Shown here: positions 43,310 through 53,932 of the stretch, piece by piece
How positions within the stretch are numbered: the first letter of the stretch is position 1
Layout of the letters: each line of letters opens with the position of its first letter
From: Antechinus flavipes
Lineage: Eukaryota
Direction of reading: 5' to 3'
Assembly: GCF_016432865.1 (NCBI RefSeq)
Contig: NC_067399.1
Location: forward strand, 636,430,001-636,494,000
Length of the DNA stretch: 64,000 nt
Position numbers and translations under genes: made by a program
The notes under the pieces: model-generated
Databases searched by the model: none
What the model was told of the DNA's origin: nothing
The model's input: the letters and a program-made list of their open reading frames with translations, nothing else

Positions 43310-44766
43310 TCAAATAATGTAGGATATATTAGGAAACCTCCCCAACAATTTATTTGTTTGCTTGGGAGTCAAATTCCCAGAGGGGCCCAGCAAGTCTTGT
43401 TTTGCCTTCTGCTTCCGCTCTGCCTATAAGAAAAAAAAGTAATGAAAAGTGTTGACACCCAAAATTCCTTCTGATTTAAAACTCGCACTCCCCACAACTC
43501 TAGGGAGAGAGAAAGGACTTTGATCTGTTCTTGGTTATTCCTCTTCCTCCTCCTTCTCTTCCTCTGAAACACTCAAATCCTTTCACATCTACCTCAAAGT
43601 GTCTTGCTGTATAGGTAGATATCCACCCTTTTCATCTGGATCTCACCTCTCAAGGGTCAGAGAGCTTGGGGGTCTAACAAGAACAGGCTAGTCCCCTCCC
43701 CAGCCCAGACAGGTATCCCACCCCTTGCCATCTCCTTCCATCCCAGGGGAATCCCTGTCACCTCAGCCTTTGAAGCACAGTCAAAGAAGTCTTTGATCTC
43801 CTTGGCACAAATTGTGTCGCTAAATTCATTCTGCTTCCAGCAAGCCATCATCAGGGACATCTCCAATATACAAGTCGCCTCTGGAATGGGGCAGTGGAGC
43901 ATCCCTGAGTTGGGGTGCCCACCTGCCTCACACTACCATCCCTCCCCAGCCACCCCACCCATTCAATCACTCATTCACTTAAATTATTTATCTGCTTTCT
44001 TATTCAAAAACTGCCTACTTTATTCACTCAAAGATTCACATGCTTGCTTCATTTACATTCACTCACACTCACATTGACCAGCGTGCTCGCTTCATTCATT
44101 TGAACAGTCACTCAAAAGTTAACCTGCTTGCTGCATTCACCAGGTTGCTTTATTCATTCATTCACTCAAAAGAGTGACCTGCTAGCATCATTCCTTCCCT
44201 CCCAGGTACCCCTACTAGCTTCATTTGCTTTCTCCCTTCCTCTCTCATCCCCCACTAACTTTATCTGTTACCTCCCAGATTTCCCTCCCCCCCCACCAGT
44301 TTCATTCGTTTCCTCCCTCCCTTTCTCGAAGATTCCCGATAGCTTCATCCGTTTCTTCCCTGCTAGCTTCTTTCGTTGCCTTCTTCCCTCCCTTCCAGGT
44401 TCCCCTGCAAGCTTGATTCATTCCCTCTCTCCCTCACTCACTCACAGGGTTCCCAGCTCACTCTGGGCCAGCTCAGGCTAACAAGGAGCCCCTGCTCTCG
44501 AGGGAATGCCGGCAGGTTGCGGAGGCGCCCCTCGGAATCCGGGAGGCCCTGGAAAGCCGCGCAGGACGTCTCAGGCTTCTCCACGAACCGACCCCTCCCC
44601 CACTGGCCCCGCTCGCCCCGTGCCGGGACGTGACGCACTCACCCCCGAGATCGCGCCGCCCCGCGCCAACCTGGTTGGCCAGCATCAAGGGTTTATTGGG
44701 TTTCAGCACCGGCCGCTTCCCATTGTTCAGACGCGCCAGGCGGCCTCTCAAGCTCGGTAGCGCCAT
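43310..44766 (-). CDS. CHCHD1: Coiled-coil-helix-coiled-coil-helix domain protein 1 (mitoribosomal mS37), 118 aa
   Basis: Exons 44766-44643 ([34 protein letters not shown]..), 43880-43762 (twin CX9C: [11 protein letters not shown] / [11 protein letters not shown]), 43423-43310 ([37 protein letters not shown]); total 357 nt. Confidence 0.95.
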
Positions 44767-45700
44767 GACGCTCCCGCACCGGCAGCCGCCGCCGCCGCTA
44801 CTACCGCTAGCTCGCCGGACGACCTGACGTCATCGAGCACGCTGGGGGCGGGGCACGTTTCTCTCGTCACAGGCGCTGCCTCTATTTTCCCGGGATCCCA
44901 CTCGCCCTTGGGAGATTCTGCAATCCGTGAAAGCTGTCCTAGCCGCGGGCCCCACGTGCGCTGCACAGTGTCAGGGCAACTGCGAGGTCCGGCGGAGTCG
45001 GGTGAACTCTGCCACCTGCTCCCTGCGGGATTTCTCCCGGGCCTCAGTTTCCCCGTAGGTTCGGCCTGTTAAAATGCGCGCTGAAGCGCATGTGGGCCGG
45101 GTGGGGGCAGAGCAGTTCGCGGACCTCTCGGACCGGAGAATCGCGTTGGACCCGGCGCTTTGAGCCCTGCCACTGTGAGCTCTTAGCTGGGGAAGTGAAA
45201 CTGCAGCCCGCTTGTCCCCGTGAAACGGGCGATTACTCCGAACGCTAGTCTGAGATCCAGAGGCCGCCTCACCTCCGGCTCCATCCGTGCCTTCCCAAGT
45301 CCTCCCAAAGCGGGCCGCCTCGCAAGGTTGCCAGCGTGTACTCCGGGGCGTCCCCTCAGCAAGCCGCCCCGTCGCTTGTTGGGAGCAGCGTAAGTGTCGT
45401 GCCTCGGGTCAGCCCGTGCCGCCGCAGCTCTGGGAGGCGCACGGTAGCGGCTGGGGAGCAGTCCGCTCCCAGAGATGGGGTTAACGGCTGGCGTCCGTGG
45501 AGACTTCAGAGCGTGCGGAGCGCTTCGCTGATGTCTCCTTTTCTCTCCGTAGGCGAATTAACACATCTAGTTAAGGGTCTCATTCTGGATTTAAACTCGG
45601 GCGTCTCTTTTAACACGATTTCGGGCTCAGACGCTTAACTAGCTCCAGGCTGTGAATTTAGATTCCAGAGGAGTTCCAAAAATGTGCTGCGCAATAATGG
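44480..45700 (-). promoter_or_regulatory. CpG island / promoter of CHCHD1
   Basis: CpG-dense; perfect CRE TGACGTCA 44825-44832, ~60 nt upstream of the ATG; GC box ggggcgggg near 44845. Confidence 0.7.
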
Positions 45701-47122
45701 CGTCGTAGAAATTACACTTTCTTTCTAGAGGACCACTTATGGGGCAACACTTATTTAGCTAGTAGAGAGGGCACCCTCCCTCTCTCAATCATTTATCATT
45801 TTTCAAAATTCAACTTAAGTACCAAGAGCTCAGGAAAGGAAACATCCCTAAATCCCCCTGAAGATTAGTGCTCACTCCTTCAAGTCTATACTTCTGTTGT
45901 ATTCCTCACTAGAATGTACGTAACCAGCCTCACAAGAACAGGGTCTGGTCTTGGGGTCTAGTCCCCAAAGTTAGTCTCTGCTTTTGGTCATTCCCAGACT
46001 AGAGTCAATCCAGGAAAAACTCCCAATGCAGTTTAGAGTTTATACTTTATGTGTAAGTTTTCCCAAATATGAATGGGGCTCCTAGCCTCTCTGAACACAT
46101 GAAATTTAATCAGTGCATATTGGGTAGTGTAACCTTAATTTCAATTCACAGGGGGGTGGGGATGGAAAAACAGGCAACACAAAGGACTCACATAAAACAC
46201 AATAATTCTCGAATTCCAGTGAATTTCTTTTAACTCTGCAGAGAATTTCTGGGAGCCTGGACTCCCCTGGAAGAGAAAAAGGCTTCTTAGAACTGTTAAG
46301 TCAGAGTACATAGATACAGCCTTCCCACTGGTGGACTGGCAGAGTTTGTGAAGAACAAATTATCAACGTCAGTATCTGTTCCACTCCTAGGACTAGTTTG
46401 TTAGCAGGAACCATAAGGGCGATTCTCTTTTCTTCTCCAAGACCAATGTTCAAGAATAGGGTGAGTAATCATTTCTTTCCCTAGAAGGTCTGATCCCTCC
46501 ACTTTCCAGCGTGAGAATTTTTGAACTTGGAAATCACTGCCTAGTTAATTTCCCTTCTCTGATTAGAAAGCTCTAGATTCTGGGATCAGCGTGCCTAAGA
46601 AGTCAACTGTTCACATTATGTCCTCTTGCCATGTGCTCTTGCTTCAACTGATATCTTCTCGTGGACTGGGAAAAGCTATTCTTAGAAATACTAGTATCTG
46701 ACCTGTGCTCTCATGCTCCAAGGAACAGGTTGCCAATTCTTTGTGCCTAAATTTTCCTTCCTGGGAAAGAGATCTGCTCTTATTGATTGGGAGGTCTCTC
46801 TCTCTGAAGAGAACAGATAGCTTTGTTTCATTGCAGTGTGCATGGAAAATGCTTAATAACTGTTAAATTTCTTAACTGATAATCTCATTCCCTTCTTACT
46901 CAAATCACCTCTTAGCTTAGAGCTCAGTCTTTTTTAGACATTTATTCATCACATCTATCGACTGCTCCAAAATCTTCAGGGAGCTCCTAGAGCCTAACAA
47001 GTTCAAAATCTTTATGGTCTCTTGGAACAGTGGGAAGAGTTTAGAATGGGAATCAGAAGACCAAATTCCATTTACTGTTCTCTCACATCCTTGTCTGACA
47101 CTCTCTCTGGCTTCAGACTATT

Positions 47123-47240
47123 CAGTCTGCCACAAAATAAACAGTTGTTTTCTTCTTTCTTGAGAGGATAGAGGGACTTTTCTGGAAACCACATATTAAA
47201 TAGCATGACAGTGTGAATCTGAAGGAGATGTGCTGGGAAT
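47123..47240. repeat. Copy B of a ~118-bp dispersed direct duplication (copy A 49603-49721)
   Basis: Both read cagtctgcca.a.aataaacagtt..gttttcttc..cttgagagg.tagagggacttttctggaaac.ac...t.aa..atagcatgacagtgtgaatctga.gg.gatgtgctgggaat. Confidence 0.92.
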
Positions 47241-49818
47241 ATAACATGAGGGGAATATTGAATTGGATGATCTCTGTTCTCCAGCTCTAAATCTTTGGTC
47301 TAAGAAGCGAATTGTATAGATTCTTATATATCAAGAATCCGCCTCTGGGGGAAATTATGGCAACACAAAAACAAAGATATCAATACATTTTTAATTAATC
47401 ACATTTATGTGATGTCCTGGCCACAAAAATTTATTTTTTTCCATAGGCAAAGAAAATAATCTTGAAGCTCTTCTCACTTCTATCTCCATTCTACCGTTAA
47501 TATACCTGATTGCCTGTCCAAAAATACACATAAAAATACCTGAGAAGTATAATAAAAGCATTTTATTACAAAATTAAACCTGAGATTATAATATAAAATA
47601 GTAACAAGTCATGATAATAAAGGTAGTACTCACTGCAAAGCAATCTGAAATGACACTGATTCCAAGGCAGATACATAACTGGTAAATCTCTTAACTGCAG
47701 GAACCAAATCTGAGATTAATCAGGTTTATGCTATATTGCTGAAGGCAACTAGTAAATCAGGAAGAATAACATAAACTAGCATTTCAAGTCCTCAAAACAG
47801 GATAAAGTTCACACTGGCCTGGGTCCTCCATAGGGAAAGTAAAACCCTCACAAGAACTCACTAGTGTTGTCCCACTCCACTTTCACCAATGTCTACACTG
47901 GCCACATAAATGGTCAGTGCTGTACTTTCTTTCCTATGTATTATTAGCAGGTGAGTAAAACAAAAAAGCTAGCAATCAGATCTTGTCTCGATTGCTATGA
48001 AGATTCCCTAATGATTGACCCACTTGATACATGTATGCTGTAACACACTTGTATAATAAGAAAGAATGGTAGGGATGAATCTAGCACCTTCCCCACTATT
48101 CTAATAAAAAGCATCTATCCTTTATTATTGCACATAATGTAAATATCAAACTAGTTTTTGTCTGTTTAATATATATGTTCTATATTGTTATATGTCTGTT
48201 TCTAAAGTTGCAAATTCACAGGGTATGGACTACCTTTAACTTCTTTTGTGCTGTCCAGATTAGTGCCAATTTTAAATGAGAAACTAGTAAAAGCTTTGGT
48301 TAATGGTTATTTCATTTCCTTTGACTCTTTTTCCTTATTGAGCTTTCTGATAGAATGCCCAAATACAGCATACACAGCTTTTTTTTGGATGCACTGTGTG
48401 TAAAGTACATTCTGTATTAAAGACTCATAACTTTTCTGAGCACCAAAGAAAATTCCTTTTTATCACTTCAAAATACAGTTAGTGCTAGAAGACTTAGGCT
48501 AGGTTAGCAAAAGGAGAGACAAATTTCAGAAAAGATTTTGATAATACTGGTGAGTGGATGTATAGGGACCATAACTGGGAGACTGATGGCATGAAAGCTA
48601 TCAAACACAAGGATAATTCACCAATGAAGATGCACAAAATCTTTGTGTCTGTGTCTAGGATTCAATGCACATTTGCTCTATTGCCCTAGAAAAGGCCTAT
48701 GGTCTTTTCCTGCCTAGAGGAAGTCAGGCTGTGCATACAACAAACCACAGTGATTTAAGTGGGTTTGGCTGCATCTCCAATGCTGACTGACTATAGCTTT
48801 TTATTTACCCAGCCACTTGTGGTGACTATCTCTTGTCTTCTCATCCCCATTAGCTTGGTGCCTTGGCTTTATTCCATTCTGAATAGCTAGCCTGAATAAA
48901 TGCATTGTCAATAGATGTTTCTACTTCTTAATACCATATGGCTGGGAGAAGACAACAAAACTTTTCACCTGAAAGCAGCAAACCAAACCATCCCATCCAC
49001 TCGGAATGGAAAATGCTTTAGAATGTAAGGTATTCAAAAGATCTGTATAAAATAGCATCTGTAATAGCCTTTCCATGATTCTTTAGAGAAGAAAATTACT
49101 TTGTAGCATGCAAAAATGTAACAAAAAATTTGCTGAGCAGCAGGCAAAAGCAGAAGGCCATGTATTGCCAACAAATGATTGTTTTTTTGGTTGAATGACT
49201 GCCTCTTTGTATATCTTAATGTCACAGAGACTCTGGGAAGATTCTCTCCACTATATTATCTAAAGCAGAGTAATACTGTGAAAGGAACTCGCAAGTGAAG
49301 CTCAGAAAACCCAGTTTTAGTCTTTCACTAATATACTCCAAAATTGCGCTTATTTCATCTGACCTTCAATTTTTCAATTTGTTTTAAAAAAATAAATATG
49401 GCTACGGAGGGCAGGGGGAGCCTATAAAATTCCTTACAATTCTAACATTTTAGGCTTAGAGCTGTTGGCATAGATCTGACCTGAGAAGATGAAAAGTTTG
49501 GTGGACTGAGTAGTCTTGGCCATTTAACCCTGGGGATCTGTTCTCTAAATAAAACCAGTCAAAATGCAGCTTTCACCTTTCAGGTGCAGCTGCAACTTTC
49601 ACCAGTCTGCCAGAGAATAAACAGTTCTGTTTTCTTCCTTGAGAGGGTAGAGGGACTTTTCTGGAAACTACGTGCTAAATATAGCATGACAGTGTGAATC
49701 TGAGGGGGATGTGCTGGGAATCTCTATCTCAAGAAGAAGTGGTTTTTTCCCCTTTAAGTCACAAAATAGAAAAGATTCTGTCTTCTCCCAGACCCTTTCC
49801 CACCTCAGCCAAGGGCAC

Positions 49819-52661
49819 TCATGTAGGTGGCTGGAGATACTGGTTCCTTCGGAGGAAGATGTCATGCATGTAATCCCAAAACTTCCCTTGATGTGTCTCA
49901 TTGTTGTGGATCATGGTGGTGAGGGCCTCACCTTGGTCCAGGCCTTGCCAATAATCCTGCAGCCACATCTCTTTCCAGCTGAAATATCAAAGGAGAACTG
50001 AATTATGAAGCTCTTTGTAGATTTAGAAGCATAGCATTGGAGCTAGCCAGCAAGTACTTAAATTAATAGGTAGATACACACTGGTATGATCCAGAAAGGT
50101 AGAAAACCCAAGACCTGTGACAGTAGGAAAATCGAGATCATGCACATGGCCTGAAATCCCTGGAACATGCAAGAAGAGCAAAAGAAAATACCCACAATCA
50201 CACAGCAGAGCAGACTGGTTTCCTGGCAGAACCAGGTAGAACTGGGTTATGAGAGGTATGCTTGCTTTTCCAAGGACCTTGGTTTTTCAAAGAGCTTTAA
50301 CTCCAAGTACCTGTCCCCTGTAGCTTGTTTTCCTCAATCATCCACACCCAATTGTCTACCCTTCCTGTGGTCCATCCTAGCATAGAACTAAGCCTACAGT
50401 AGGCACAAGACAGGACCTTTGCCCTCAGAAGCCCCCCACCCCTCAATCATCAGCAACAGCTTCTTAAAACCAATTCTCACCTGCCAGTTGCTGCCCAAGG
50501 CAGTTGCTACCCATATAGTACTAAGGGAGACTTACTGTGACACTCTGGAGCAGTCCAGGGCTAGCCATTCCAGAGCTGGGACCTTGCCTCTTAAGAGCTT
50601 GTTTAATACGGACAGCACCTCATTCTCAGCATCCCAAATTCCCTCCACAAGGCCCTTACATTTTCCCACCCCACCCCATCTCAAGTCCATGTTATGACCA
50701 AAGAAGCAGTGGCCTCACAAGGTTCTTCCTGCTCACTTGGCTCAATACAGCTACCAGATTCTCCTTTGGAAACCTTTCCCACCCAAACCTTTCCAGGATC
50801 CATCACTACCGAAGAGCAATAAGCCCAACTCTGACCAACGTTGGAATCCCCTCTTTCCTCCCACCCCACCTCTCATCTCTTAAAAACCCGGACCAAAGGG
50901 ATCCCCCCCTCCCTCTTGTGACCCTGGAGAGTCTCCTCTCACCTGTCGTTGTCGGGGATCTCCTCGAGCCGCCCAAAGCCGGGGCTGGGCTCAGGGCAGG
51001 CCATGTGGGAGTGCTGAGCGATCCGAGGAGGCGGTGGTGGGATGTGGCCAGGGTCGGCCTCGTGGGCCCTTTCGGCGGCCAGCCTGGCCAGCTCGTGGTC
51101 ACAGACATAGCACTCGAAGCCCTCCAGGTAGCTGGGCTGCCGGGGATCGTTCACCCCCCACTCGCGTTGCTCTAAGCTGTCCAGAAGGAGCCGGTTGGTG
51201 ATGCCCCCGGGCTGCTTATAGGCCAGGTATTGGGCATACTCGGCGTCGTTCCGGTCCAGAAAATCGATGAAGGCGGCCAGCTGCTGCGGCGACTCAAAGT
51301 CATCCACCAGGATGATGGCGCGTTCGTTAGGCATCCAGTCGCGCACGGACGGAGAGCCGCGATACACGGGCACGGCCCCCAGGTGCAGCGGCCGCCAGAG
51401 CTTCTCCGTCATGTAGTCCTCGCAGATGGCGTTCTCCAGGGCCAGATGGAACTTGTAGCGGGCCAAGAAGGCCAGGAGCTCGGGATCCTCCGACGTGGCC
51501 GTGGCCGTGTCGCGCAGCCTAGCCGGCAATTCCCGGTTCTGCAAGCATTTGCCGTACGAGTCCACCTGAGGGGCGGGAAGAAGCTCAGGGCCGCCCTCAC
51601 TTCCCTCACGCTTCCTAGACCGACCCTCTCTTCCCTGGCCCCGCCCCCAAGACTGCCTTCTCCCTCCCCACGCTTCTCCCACACTTCTAAAACCGCCTCT
51701 TCTCGCTGACCACGCCCCCCGAGCAGCCCCATTTTCACTGGCCCCGCCCTCAAGACAGCTTTCTCCTCCCCCTCACTGTTTTCCCACGCCCCCAAACAAT
51801 CCTCTCTTCGCCGGCCCCGCCCACTCCTCTCCAGCCACGCACGTCAGGACTCCCTGACATCCCACACTCCCGGGCACCGCCCCTCTCCTACTGGGTTCAG
51901 CCTCCCTCAGAACCACCTCCCCTCTCTTCGCTGAGCCCATCCCCGGAACCGCCTCCTTCTTCACTGAACCGCCCCTCATCTAGTTCTCTCACCGGAATGT
52001 AGCGCATGAGCTCGCGCACATAGCGGTCACGATCCGAAGGCACGTCGCAGTGGGATTGCAGATATAGGAGAGGTGCGTAGCCGCGGCGGCGCCAGGCCGT
52101 ACGCTCATGGAGCGCAGGCGCGGCGCGGCGCAGGTAGGCGAGCCCTGGGAGCCACTGCAGCGGCAGCGGATAGTCTGAGCGGCGGCTGAAGGTGGCGCTG
52201 AGGTTGAAGAGGCTGATGCCGGGCGCGTGGCTCAGAAGGAAGTTGTTGAGCGGCGATTCCTCGTGTAGTAGCGCCCAGCTCTGATGAGACAGGCGGGGTA
52301 GCGGCGCCTCGGAAGCGCGGAAGTCGGTACCGTAGAAGAGCAGCGCGCGTGTGCGCCCTTCCCGCCATCGCCGTCGGTCCCGGGAGGCTACGCACGCGCC
52401 GCGCGCACATTCGATGCGCTCCGAGTCCGCGGGAAAGTGAGGGAACAAGCCAGGACTCCACCACAACAAGACGGGTAATTGGCCTTCGTCGGGCGCCGGT
52501 GTCCCCGAGCTTCGTGCCACTCCCACCGAGCCCAGCGCCGCCAGCGGCTGGAACACCGAACCTGCCCAGGGCTCCGCCCACTCCTCACCCTGGGGCTCCG
52601 GCTCGCCCCCGCCCACCCAGAACATCAAGGTGGCCGCCAGCGCCACGCCGACGCCCGCCAT
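49819..52661 (-). CDS. FUT11: GT10-family fucosyltransferase 11 (protein O-fucosyltransferase POFUT4), 483 aa
   Basis: Exons 52661-51993, 51565-50943, 49978-49819 (1452 nt). Motifs [48 protein letters not shown] (alpha-1,3-FucT motif), [19 protein letters not shown]. Confidence 0.96.
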
Positions 52662-52810
52662 GATTCCTCCCGGCCTCGGCCTACCGGCCTCTGACTGGAC
52701 GGGGAAGAGCGCCCCCCGCGCATGCGCAACTCTTCGCGACCAGCGCCCGCCTCTTCTACTATAGAAGTCCAAAGGGGAGGTGGGACCAAGAACCAAGCGA
52801 TCGAAGATAC
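52662..52810 (-). promoter_or_regulatory. Compact FUT11 promoter with NRF1 site
   Basis: GCGCATGCGCA at 52718-52728 (NRF1 consensus) in a CpG island extending over FUT11 exons 1-2 (~50950-52800). Confidence 0.7.
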
Positions 52811-52817
52811 GTCTTAA

Positions 52818-52828
52818 TTTATTTTATT
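52818..52828 (-). terminator. Tandem polyadenylation signals of SEC24C
   Basis: Minus strand gAAATAAAATAAAttaag (two overlapping AATAAA), ~1.1 kb after the SEC24C stop. Confidence 0.8.
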
Positions 52829-53932
52829 TCTTTACAAATTAAAGATGCATTGAAAAAATAAACCAATGAGGAGAAGTGAGAGGCCCGGGCGTCCCGGGAT
52901 GGGGGGCAGAGTCCAAAGGAGAGCCAGGCCCACCCACCTCCAGCCCTCGGACGGGGCCTGTTAAAAAGATTCAGCTGTCCTAACGGGTCAGTGCCAGCAA
53001 CCGCGGTGTGGGGTAAGCCAAAGGTCCTGTTCCACTGTCCATCGGGCCTCGCCAACTCCAGCCCCGGAGGTTGGGGGGGGTGGGGGGGAGGTGTAGGGGG
53101 AGGCTGGGGGTGGGGGGCCGGGCAAGCTGCGGGTCAGGGCCAGGAGGGTTGGCTCTGTGAGGTATTGCAAGTTGATGACCAGGCTCCCTACAGAACCATC
53201 CAGTGTGAGATATCCCCACGGCAATGGGGCTCGGTGACAGGCCCCCAGCCCCCAATGTTCACCATCTCGTCCAACTCCTGAGAAGGGCCCCGGGGTCTCC
53301 ACCCAGGGGGAACACCAGCATGGGGCCAATTCCTTCTCCCCCCCTGCCCCACCTCCTGCCCCCCAGGGTCAGCTGCTTCCGCAAGGCCCAAGGGCCTCGG
53401 GCTACCCCAGAAGCACTGGAGCTCCCCACCCCCAGCTCCTGTGCCCCCTACATTTCGTCCCTAATATAGGAAGTCACTGAGAGGGCTGCACCAGCTAAAA
53501 GAAGCCCCCAGCCCTCTCTTCTGTCCCGTGGGACCCCGGCCCAACTCCCACGAGGCCCACCATTGACTCCTTTGGCCCCCTCTCTTGACTTAGAGGCTGG
53601 CCCAAATGGACACAGAGCATTCCCAGAGTTTGGGTGCCTCTGCACCCCCAACACTGAGTCACACACAGTGAACTGAGAAACTACATTCATTATGACAGGG
53701 TTAGCAGGAAAGAGGGGGATAGGAGTACCTGCCAGCAGCAGGACATAGTTGAGTGGTGAGACACTTGGACCCAGAGAGGGGCTACCCTCCCCATCCCCTC
53801 CCCCACCCTCCTGAGACTGAGGGGATCTCTGCTTACGTGACTTATAATATATGCAACTGTCCAGATTTCCCTGCTGTCCTGGAGGACTTGTGGGGAGCTG
53901 GCCTGGAGCCCTCTGCCCTGCACCCACTTCCT

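Noticed and set aside
47634-47694. Minus-strand AG...GT pair (61 nt) as an alternative FUT11 last exon
   Set aside because: It would give an immediate stop after exon 2; such splice-like pairs are common by chance; no support.
52662-52796. In-frame upstream extension of FUT11 in the ORF track
   Set aside because: Non-ATG start lying across the promoter and the SEC24C 3' end; the ATG at 52661 has a good context and precedes the signal segment.
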